Shown here: one piece after another, positions 11,658 through 19,564 of the stretch
How the letters are laid out: each line of letters begins with the position of its first letter
Position numbering within the stretch: the first letter of the stretch is position 1
Source of the DNA: an uncultured Gemmatimonadales bacterium
Lineage (GTDB): Bacteria > Gemmatimonadota > Gemmatimonadetes > Gemmatimonadales > GWC2-71-9
Length of the DNA: 64,000 bases
NCBI GenBank assembly: GCA_963828735.1
Contig: CAWHFW010000002.1
Location: forward strand, 96,001 to 160,000
Direction: 5' to 3'
Translations under genes and position numbers: made by a program
Notes under the pieces: generated by a model
The model's database searches: none
What the model saw: only the letters and a program-made list of their open reading frames with translations
What the model was told of the DNA's origin: nothing

Positions 11658-12433
11658 CACTCGAGCCCGAGATGGCCGGCCGCGATCCGGAGCCCTCGGA
11701 GCGTGAGGTCCGGATCGGTGTCCTCGATGCTCGACGTGAGCGGCGCGACCACGGGGGCGAGACCGCCGGTCGCCACGACCCCCGGCCGGCGTCCCCCGGG
11801 CCACTCGGCGCGGATGCGCCGTACCAGGCCGTCCACGGCCTCCGCGGCACCGTAGAGCACGCCGGCCTGGATGCACTCCTCCGTGCGCCGTCCGATGACG
11901 CGCTCGGGCGCGCGGAGCTCGGTGGCCGGCAGCTTGGCGGTGCGCTGCGTGAGCTGGTCCGCCGCGGTGCGGAGACCCGGCATGATGACGCCGCCCAGGA
12001 ATCGTCCATCGGCTGTCACGCAGTCGAAGGTGGTGGCGGTGCCGAAGTCCACCACGATCGTGTCCTGATGGTAGAGCTCGACCGCGGCCAACGCGTTCAC
12101 GATGCGGTCGGCGCCGACGCTCAACGGCTCGTCCACGTCGAGCGTCACGGGCAGCGGCGAGCGCGCGTCCACCTGCACGCCGGTGCAGCCAGTGGTCCGC
12201 GCGATCCCGGCGACCACGGCCTGCGTCACCGACGGCGCGACCGACGCGAGGCACACCGCGCGCACCTCGTTCGGTGAGCGGCCGGCGGCGAGCAGGAAGC
12301 CGCTGATCGCGCTGCCCCACTCGTCCGGCGTGCGCCCCGGATTGGTCGTGAGCCGCCAGTGCGCGTCGAGCTCGGCGCCGCGGAACAGGCCGACGGTGAT
12401 CTCCGTGTTGCCGATGTCGAGCGTCAGAAGCAT
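11654..12433 (-). CDS. coaX: Type III pantothenate kinase
   Basis: LDIGNT, VGADR, VDFGTATT, GGVIMPG, VATGG, LTLRGL. Confidence 0.95.
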   Translation of the reverse strand: MLLTLDIGNTEITVGLFRGAELDAHWRLTTNPGRTPDEWGSAISGFLLAAGRSPNEVRAVCLASVAPSVTQAVVAGIARTTGCTGVQVDARSPLPVTLDVDEPLSVGADRIVNALAAVELYHQDTIVVDFGTATTFDCVTADGRFLGGVIMPGLRTAADQLTQRTAKLPATELRAPERVIGRRTEECIQAGVLYGAAEAVDGLVRRIRAEWPGGRRPGVVATGGLAPVVAPLTSSIEDTDPDLTLRGLRIAAGHLGLEW

Positions 12434-12502
12434 GGGAGCCCCGTGGATCGCGGGTCGTGGGTCATGAGGTGCGGCGAGCGCGAGGCCGGAGCCGGGCGTC
12501 GC

Positions 12503-13219
12503 TTACGAGTGGCGGGTCACCACGGTACCGGCCAGCACGCGCTCGACCACGCCGTCGGCGCGCCGCACCAGGAGCGCGCCGTCGGCCGCGAGTCCCAGGG
12601 CGGTGCCGGCCACGGGCGCGTCGAGCGTGCGACCGCGCAGCCAGTCCCGGGAGGCGAACCGCGCCTGCTCCACCTCGGTGAGGGGTCCGGCCGCCGCATC
12701 CACCGCCCGAAGTGCGGCGACCGCCGGCTCGACCAGGTCATCAGCCACGAGCGACGAGTGCACCGAGCCCAGGTGGGTCGCCGTCGCCTCGAGCTCACTG
12801 GGTGGCGGGTTGGCGACGTTGAGGCCGAGGCCGATCACCACCCATGCGAGTGCCGCACCCTGCCACCGCGCCTCGCACAGAATACCGCCCACCTTCCGCT
12901 CGCCGACCATCAGGTCGTTCGGCCACTTGAGTCGCACATATGTTTCCGCGCCCAGATCGTCGAGCCGCTCCGCGACGGTCAGGCCCGCCCGCAGGCTCAG
13001 CACCTCGAGGCCAGCGCTGGCCGGCCGCGCCAGCACACTGAGCCAGAGCCCGCCTCGGGGAGACGTCCACGTCCGTCCGCGGGATCCCCGCCCCGCCGTC
13101 TGCACCTGCGCGACGACGGCCGTCCCCGCGGGTGCGCCGCCCTGTGCCAGCTCGTGCACCGCATCCATGGTGGACGGCACCGCGGCGACGCGGACGATCT
13201 CGGGTGACGCGACCCTCAC
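12503..13219 (-). CDS. birA: Biotin protein ligase (no HTH domain)
   Basis: [34 protein letters not shown] overlap with uppP. Confidence 0.92.
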   Translation of the reverse strand: MRVASPEIVRVAAVPSTMDAVHELAQGGAPAGTAVVAQVQTAGRGSRGRTWTSPRGGLWLSVLARPASAGLEVLSLRAGLTVAERLDDLGAETYVRLKWPNDLMVGERKVGGILCEARWQGAALAWVVIGLGLNVANPPPSELEATATHLGSVHSSLVADDLVEPAVAALRAVDAAAGPLTEVEQARFASRDWLRGRTLDAPVAGTALGLAADGALLVRRADGVVERVLAGTVVTRHS

Positions 13220-14013
13220 CGGAGCAGCAGCAGGAGCAGGAGACCGAGTGCGATCCGGTACCATGCGAACGCCGCGAAGCTGTGCCGGGACACATAGCCG
13301 AGAAACGCCTTCACCACGATCACGGCCGATACGAATGCCGTCACGAACCCCACGAGGAACGCGGGCCCATCGGCCGTGCTCAGGGCACCCCGGCTCTTGA
13401 GCAGGTCGTACAGCGTGGCGGCGAACATCACCGGGATCGACAGGAAGAACGAGAACTCGGTCGCCGCGCGCCGCGACAGGCCGAGCGCGTAGCCGCCCAT
13501 GATCGTGGCGCCCGAGCGCGACGTGCCCGGGATCAGCGACAGGACCTGGGCGAGCCCGATCCCGAGGGCCGTCGGAGGCCGGACATCGCGCACCTCTGCC
13601 ACGCGTTCGAGGGGCCGGAGCCGCTCGATAAGCAGGATGACCGCGCCACCCGCCACCAGCGCGACCGCCACGACCGTCGGGGTAAACAGGTGACCCTTGA
13701 TCCAGTCGTGGGCCAGAAACCCCACGATCGCCGCCGGCAGGAACGCGATCGTCAGGTTGAGCAGGAACCGCCGGCTGGGCTCGTCTCTCGTGGCCGCCAG
13801 GGTGGCCTGGATCAGCCGCTCCCGATAGAGCCAGACGATGGCGAGGATCGCGCCGAGCTGGATGAAGATGTCGAACGTCTTTGCCGCTTCACCCGTCTCG
13901 CCCAGCCAATGACTCGCGAGGATGAGGTGACCGGTCGAGGATACGGGAATGAATTCGGTCACGCCTTCCAGCAGGCCGAGGAGCGCGGCCTTGAGCAATG
14001 GCTCAACCCCCAT
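13216..14013 (-). CDS. uppP: Undecaprenyl-diphosphate phosphatase
   Basis: EGVTEFIPVSSTGH, IQLGAILA, PGTSRSGATI, AATEFSFFL. Confidence 0.95.
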   Translation of the reverse strand: MGVEPLLKAALLGLLEGVTEFIPVSSTGHLILASHWLGETGEAAKTFDIFIQLGAILAIVWLYRERLIQATLAATRDEPSRRFLLNLTIAFLPAAIVGFLAHDWIKGHLFTPTVVAVALVAGGAVILLIERLRPLERVAEVRDVRPPTALGIGLAQVLSLIPGTSRSGATIMGGYALGLSRRAATEFSFFLSIPVMFAATLYDLLKSRGALSTADGPAFLVGFVTAFVSAVIVVKAFLGYVSRHSFAAFAWYRIALGLLLLLLLR

Positions 14014-15160
14014 TGGCCCGGCTCGCCGCGCTCACGCCGCGCAGGGTCTCCTCGTACAGGGCCTCGTACATCGGGACGATCCGGTCGGCCGAGAATGTGT
14101 GGGCCTTGGCGATCGCGGCCTCGCGCATCGCGGCATGGCGGGCCGTGTCGCGCAGCAACTCGACCGCGCGGCGGCCCATCGCCTCGACCGAGCCCACCGG
14201 CTCGAGAATGCCGCTCACCCCGTCCTCCACCACCTCGGGCAAGCCGCCCGCCCGGCTCGCGACCACCGGTGATCCGCAGGCCATGGCTTCGAGCGCGGCC
14301 AGGCCGAACGACTCGGTCTGTGACGGCAGCAGGAACAGGTCGCTCGCCTGGAGCAGCGACGCGACCGGGTCGAGTCGGCCGAGGAACCGCACGTCCTGGC
14401 CCACGCCCAGCTCGCGCGACTCGTTCTCGGCGTCCACGCGCTCGGGCCCGTCGCCCACCATGACCAGCACGGCCGGCATCGCGCGACGGATGCGGGCGAA
14501 GACCCGGATAACATCCTTCACCCGTTTCACCTCGCGGAAATTCGAGACGTGCGTCACCACCTTTGTGCCCGGCGGCGCCAACGGCTTCGCCTCGCCCGGC
14601 GCCGCTGGGTGGTACTCGGCCAGGTTCACGAAGTTCGGGATGACCCGGAGGTCGCAGCTCACGCAGCCGAACGCCCGATAGGTCTCGTCGCGCAGATAGG
14701 CCGAGACCGCGGTCACCTCGTCGCTCTGCTCGATGGAGAACTTGGTGATCGCATAGAAGCTCGACTCCTGGCCCACGAGCGTGATGTCGGTCCCGTGCAG
14801 CGTCGTGATGACGCGGAGCTGCCGCTCGCCGTTCAGCATCTGGCGGGCGAGGTAGGCCGTCGTGGCATGCGGGATGGCGTAGTGGACGTGCAGGAGGTCG
14901 ATCCCTTCCTGCAGGACGACCTCGTGCTGCTTGGACGCCAGCGCGAGCGTGTAGGGGAAGTGGTCGAACAGCGGATAGCGGCCCATCCGCGTCTCGACTT
15001 GATGGAAGTAGATCCGCTCGGCGTATCCGTGGAGGCGGAACGGGGCGTCGTAGGTGATGAAATGCACCTCGTGGCCGCGTCGCGCGAGCTCGAGGCCCAG
15101 CTCGGTCGCGACCGCGCCCGAGCCGCCGTAGGTCGGATAGCAGGTGATCCCGATCTTCAT
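14003..15160 (-). CDS. bshA: N-acetyl-alpha-D-glucosaminyl L-malate synthase (bacillithiol synthesis)
   Basis: MKIGITCYPTYGGSG.VATELG, HVHYAIPHA, TTLHGTDIT, HVSNFREVKR, ESFGLAALEAM. Confidence 0.93.
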   Translation of the reverse strand: MKIGITCYPTYGGSGAVATELGLELARRGHEVHFITYDAPFRLHGYAERIYFHQVETRMGRYPLFDHFPYTLALASKQHEVVLQEGIDLLHVHYAIPHATTAYLARQMLNGERQLRVITTLHGTDITLVGQESSFYAITKFSIEQSDEVTAVSAYLRDETYRAFGCVSCDLRVIPNFVNLAEYHPAAPGEAKPLAPPGTKVVTHVSNFREVKRVKDVIRVFARIRRAMPAVLVMVGDGPERVDAENESRELGVGQDVRFLGRLDPVASLLQASDLFLLPSQTESFGLAALEAMACGSPVVASRAGGLPEVVEDGVSGILEPVGSVEAMGRRAVELLRDTARHAAMREAAIAKAHTFSADRIVPMYEALYEETLRGVSAASRANGG

Positions 15161-15380
15161 TGCCACCTAGCGAGTGGGAGCTTCTCCGAGGGAGACGCTA
15201 TCGGAAAGGCCCGTGAAAACCCGTGAATCTGCGTGGTCTATGGTGCAATGGATGGTGCAAATCTACTCCGGTCCACCTCGCCTCACGAGTAAGCTAACCG
15301 GCTTCTCGCCGATGCGTGCTGTAGGGCGGCGATCAGGACGCGTGACGGGCACCGTGGGCGGACGAGCGAGAAAGGAAGGA

Positions 15381-15533
15381 ATGGACGAATGTGGCGCGTA
15401 CCAGTTCTCATCTGCTTCCGAGATCGTGGAGGCCCTCGATAACGAGCAGACCAAGATCCGCGTGCGCATCGGCAGGCGGTCCGCGGTGTTCGCGGTCTAC
15501 AACGAAGTCGGGCAGCCTGTTCGTGAGACCTAG
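15381..15533 (+). CDS. Small hypothetical protein (50 aa)
   Basis: AAGGAAGGA RBS-like run before ATG; MDECGAYQFSSASEIVEALDNEQTKIRVRIG... Confidence 0.35.
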   Translation: MDECGAYQFSSASEIVEALDNEQTKIRVRIGRRSAVFAVYNEVGQPVRET

Positions 15534-15729
15534 GCGTAGCGCACCTAGGGGGGGATGTGCGGCACCGCTCCGAAGTCGTGGAGTATCGGGCGGTGCAACA
15601 ACAAAGGGTCGCTCCGGCTACGGGCCGGCGACGGTGGCAGGAACAAGTTCCGGTGATCATCCCGGTCACGTGCAAATCCGTCCTTGCCTCGCTCCCTACG
15701 TGCGCGACCCGGACACTACCATCGCTCTC

Positions 15730-16197
15730 TTAACTCATCGTCAATCCAGCAACGACTGCGGCGGGGATGCCTGTTCGGTGACTGCGCCCACAGGCGGGAT
15801 GGATTGGAATCCCATCCGCGCTCATCGCGAGCACGTTCGCGAGGATGGAGCGGAGCACTTTCAAGCTGAAAGGTTTCTCCAACAGCAGACCCGGCAGGAG
15901 CACGTCCTGATCGTGTCCTCCGGCCGACAGGAAGATCAAGGGAAGATCGGGTTGGCGCCGGCGCAGCTCGGCGGTCACCTCGTCTCCTGACACGACGGGG
16001 AAGTGCAAGTCGATCACCGCGGCGTTGAGCCGGAGCTTGAGCCGATCGAGCAGCCCGACGGCCTCCCCCTGAGTCGACGCCGCGAGGACCTGATACCCCG
16101 CGCGGAGGAGCGCCAGCGTTGTCAGGTCCCGAACGCTCTCGAGGTCGTCTACCACGAGAATCCACGGCCGGTCTGCGAGCCGATCATCGAGATGCAT
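15730..16197 (-). CDS. Single-domain response regulator (receiver)
   Basis: ILVVDD..VRDL..AGYQV, VIDLHFPVVSG, LPLIFLSA, LLEKPFS. Confidence 0.8.
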   Translation of the reverse strand: MHLDDRLADRPWILVVDDLESVRDLTTLALLRAGYQVLAASTQGEAVGLLDRLKLRLNAAVIDLHFPVVSGDEVTAELRRRQPDLPLIFLSAGGHDQDVLLPGLLLEKPFSLKVLRSILANVLAMSADGIPIHPACGRSHRTGIPAAVVAGLTMS

Positions 16198-16484
16198 TCG
16201 TCACCCTGGTGCAGTGGTGGGAGCGGCCAACCGCGAGGCGACCAAGGTTGGGTCCATCGCGCGACGGGCCCAAACCGCGACGGCTCGCCAACGTGATCGA
16301 CGCGATTGGCATGAATGCGAATACTGAGTGGACCTGGGTTCCTGGCGCTGACCTCAACAGCATCGCGTCCGATGCGCGATAGCCCGCGTCAATCAAGGCG
16401 CAGGCCACTATCGTGGCACACCCCGAGGTCGTCGTGCACAAGCAGCACGAGGTGTTCCCGAAGCACCTGGGCGAGGGAACTCAT
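16184..16484 (-). pseudogene. Degenerate receiver-domain gene
   Basis: MSSLAQVLREHLVLLVHDDLGVC then, after a frameshift, TIVACALIDAGYRASDA, resembling a receiver N-terminus; 3' boundary uncertain. Confidence 0.45.
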
Positions 16485-16944
16485 AGTGGCTAGGCTCCGT
16501 CAAACTGGGTCCAGTACCAGACCTATTTGTTGGGTGCCAGGACTGCCGGCAATAGGCAGAATCGCCCAAGACCGGGGTACCGGCAGGCCTCGGGTCACTC
16601 GAATTCTCGAGTCTCAGCGTTCATCCGGGGTTGGGGCACTATGGAAGGCATCATTTGGGGGCCAGGATGGGGACGTGACGAGGAGTGGCTCGCGGATTGG
16701 CGTTCGCCCCGCCCCGCTCCCGACGTCTTCGCCGCCTCCCGAGGGCGACGACCCAGTCTCAAAAGGACCGTGAACACTGGCGGGCGAAGGTAACGGAGGC
16801 GGCGCCGAAGCGGGCGGAATCGGCGGGGTCGTAGTGCAGCTGGCGGTGCAATCGGTAGGTGCGTCGATCCACCGAACAGGGGAGGTCGAAACGGTGAGTG
16901 GGTTAGCGAGAGTGATCTGGCAAGCCGCAGGAAAATCCCGATCT

Positions 16945-17868
16945 TCATGTGGGGTCCTTCTCCCAGGCCTCCGCGATCTCGGCCGCGAGGCGCTCCGGAG
17001 GCCGCGTCGCGTCGAGGGTCAGTACCACGCCGCCGAGCTGGTGCCGAAACCAGGTTTGCTGCCGCTTCGCGTACTGTCGCGTGCTGACGGCAATGGCGTC
17101 CGCGACCGCCCCGCGCTGCCGCCGCCCGTGGAGGTAATCGACGGCCTCGCGAACGCCGATCCCGTCGAGCCCCGGGCCCGCGGCGGCGTGTCCTTCGGCC
17201 AGCACCGAGGCGACTTCCTCGATCAACCCGCGCTGCATCATCTCCGCCGCCCGCCGGGCGATGCGCTGGTGCAGCACGGGCCTGGGGACCGTGAGGACGA
17301 TGTACCACGGATCGAGGGCGCCTCGCGCGCGCGCCACCTCCTGCCAATGGGAGAGCGGATGCCCCGTGAGCAACGCGACCTCGACGGCGCGCGCGGCGCG
17401 CTGGCGTCCCCCGCCGCGGAATCCCGGATCGAGCCGTCCGGCCCATCGCAGCAGCTCGAGTGGCTCGAGCCGAGCCGTGAAGGCATCGAGGGAGCGGCGG
17501 CGCGCCGTGTCGAGCGGGGGCTCGCGAAACAGGCCCTCGGCGAGCGCACGCACGTAGAGTCCGGTGCCGCCCACGACCACCGGCATCCGGCTGCGTCCGC
17601 GGATGTCGGCGAGCCAGCCTTCGGCGTCCCGTGCGAAGTGCCCGGCGCTGTAGCGCGCGCCCGGTTCGACCAGGTCGAGGCCGTGGTGGGGAACGCGCGC
17701 GCGCTCCTTGCGGGTCGGCTTGGCCGTGCCGATGTCGAGGCGCCGGTAGATCTGGCGCGAATCGGCGGAGATGATCTCGAGGGGCCAATGGGCCGCGAGC
17801 GCCAGCGCGACTGCGGTCTTGCCGACCGCCGTCGGGCCCACGAGGACGGGGACTCTACCGCCGACCAA
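16945..17868 (-). CDS. miaA: tRNA dimethylallyltransferase
   Basis: GPTAVGKT, ISADSRQIY..LDIGTAKP, VGGTGLY, TRQYAKRQQTWF; follows mutL; TTG start inferred. Confidence 0.95.
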   Translation of the reverse strand: MVGGRVPVLVGPTAVGKTAVALALAAHWPLEIISADSRQIYRRLDIGTAKPTRKERARVPHHGLDLVEPGARYSAGHFARDAEGWLADIRGRSRMPVVVGGTGLYVRALAEGLFREPPLDTARRRSLDAFTARLEPLELLRWAGRLDPGFRGGGRQRAARAVEVALLTGHPLSHWQEVARARGALDPWYIVLTVPRPVLHQRIARRAAEMMQRGLIEEVASVLAEGHAAAGPGLDGIGVREAVDYLHGRRQRGAVADAIAVSTRQYAKRQQTWFRHQLGGVVLTLDATRPPERLAAEIAEAWEKDPT

Positions 17869-19555
17869 ACCGCCGCTCCAGCTCCTCGCGGGGCAACTGC
17901 ACGATCGTCGAGCGCCCGTGCACGTCGTGCGGCGGAAGTTGCGTAGCAAACAGCCTGAGGAGCAGCTCCCGCATCTCGCGCTGGTCGAGCCGGTCTCCCG
18001 CTTTGACCGCCGCGCGGCACGCGTAGGTGGCCGCGAAGCGCTCGAGGCGGTTGGCCCAGCCGCCGAAGCGCCCGCGGGCGAGGTCGGCCACCAGCTCGCG
18101 GAAGCAGGCGCCCGCGTCGAACCGCGGGTGTGGCGACGGCACGGCGTGGAGGACGACCGCGCGGCCGCCGAACGAGTCGGCCTCGAACCCGATCTGTCGG
18201 AGCGGCTCGGCGTGGCGTTCGACCGCATCCAGCTCTTCGTCGGTGAGCTCCAGGGTAAGCGGCAGGAGCAGGCGCTGCGCGGGGGCGTCGGCGCCCGTGA
18301 GCTGCGCCAGGACGGCCTCGTAGAGCACGCGCTCGTGCGCCGAGTGCTGATCCACGATCACGATCCCTTCGGCCGCTTCGTAGACGATGTACGTGTCGAA
18401 CATCTGGAGCAGCGGCGCCTGGAAGCCCGCATCGGCGCCGCTATCGGTCTCCTCCCGCGTGTCGCCCGCTGTCGGCGCGAAAAGCTCGTGGACGAAGTCC
18501 GCGGACAGCTCGGCGCCGTGACCCGGCAATGACGGCGGCAGCGGGCGCCAGTCGCCGACGGGAGCCGCGGCCAGCAGCGCGCCCAGGGCGTGCCGCACCG
18601 CCTCCTCGACCACGCGCTCGATGCCGATGCGGTCACGAAAGCGAACCTCGAGCTTCGCCGGGTGCACGTTCACGTCGACGTCCTCGGGCGCGGCCTCCAG
18701 CTTGAGATACACCGAGGGGCGATCGCCCGGATGAATGGCCGACCGGTAGCCCGCCTCGGCGGCGCGGACCAGGAACGGATCCTTGAACGGGCGGCCGTTG
18801 ACGAACAGCTGCGCCCGTCGTCCCGTGGGCTGAGCATCGCCCGGACGCTGCACGAAGCCGGTGACGCGGAACGCACCCGCCGCGTAGCCCACCGGCACGA
18901 GGGTCCCGGCGAGCTCGCGTCCCCACACGGCTGCGAGCCGCTCTTCCGGCGCCTGCCCCGGCGGGACCGCGAGCCGCGCGACGCCGTCCACCTCGAGCTC
19001 GAAGCCGACGTCGGGGTGGGCGAGGGCGAGCGTAGCGACCGCCTCGTGCGCGGCGCGCGTCTCGCTCGCGGCGGAACGGAGGAATTTCCGGCGCGCCGGC
19101 GTGTTGAAGAAGAGGGCGCGGACCGTCACGGTCGTGCCGCGCTGGCGCACCGCGTCGGCAACGCGGTCGAGACGGCCGCCCGCCACCGTGAGCTCGGTCC
19201 CGGTCTCGTTGTCGCTCGTGAGGAGGGTGAATCGGGAGACGGACGCGATCGCGGGGAGGGCTTCGCCGCGGAAGCCGAACGTGGCGACCCCGATCAGGTC
19301 GGCGACGCTCCGGACCTTGCTCGTCGCATGGCGATCGAGGGCGAGCACCGCGTCCTCGCGGCCCATCCCGCTGCCGTCGTCGCCGATCTGGATGAGGGTC
19401 TTCCCGCCGTTCTCGAGCGCAATGCGCACGTGGCGTGCGCCCGCGTCGAGTGCATTCTCCACCAGCTCCTTCACCACCGAGGCCGGTCGCTCGACGACCT
19501 CGCCCGCGGCGATCTGATCGGCCACGGCGTCCGGCAAGATGGCGATGCGGCGCAT
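17855..19555 (-). CDS. mutL: DNA mismatch repair protein MutL
   Basis: IAAGEVVERPASVVKELVENALDA, FGFRGEAL, DVNVHPAK, DQHSAHERV endonuclease motif, ACRAAVK. Confidence 0.97.
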   Translation of the reverse strand: MRRIAILPDAVADQIAAGEVVERPASVVKELVENALDAGARHVRIALENGGKTLIQIGDDGSGMGREDAVLALDRHATSKVRSVADLIGVATFGFRGEALPAIASVSRFTLLTSDNETGTELTVAGGRLDRVADAVRQRGTTVTVRALFFNTPARRKFLRSAASETRAAHEAVATLALAHPDVGFELEVDGVARLAVPPGQAPEERLAAVWGRELAGTLVPVGYAAGAFRVTGFVQRPGDAQPTGRRAQLFVNGRPFKDPFLVRAAEAGYRSAIHPGDRPSVYLKLEAAPEDVDVNVHPAKLEVRFRDRIGIERVVEEAVRHALGALLAAAPVGDWRPLPPSLPGHGAELSADFVHELFAPTAGDTREETDSGADAGFQAPLLQMFDTYIVYEAAEGIVIVDQHSAHERVLYEAVLAQLTGADAPAQRLLLPLTLELTDEELDAVERHAEPLRQIGFEADSFGGRAVVLHAVPSPHPRFDAGACFRELVADLARGRFGGWANRLERFAATYACRAAVKAGDRLDQREMRELLLRLFATQLPPHDVHGRSTIVQLPREELERRFGRR

Positions 19556-19564
19556 GGCGAGAAT

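Larger units (their letters stand above)
15147..16948. mobile_element. Vestigial integrated islet inserted at the 5' end of bshA
   Basis: 14-bp direct repeat ATCCCGATCTTCAT at 15147-15160 and 16935-16948; visibly lower GC; GGTGCA repeats near both ends; no integrase seen. Confidence 0.75.

Noticed and set aside
15161..16934. Integrase or transposase remnant inside the bshA islet
   Set aside because: No tyrosine-recombinase or DDE motifs recognisable in the listed frames; a heavily decayed fragment cannot be excluded without a search
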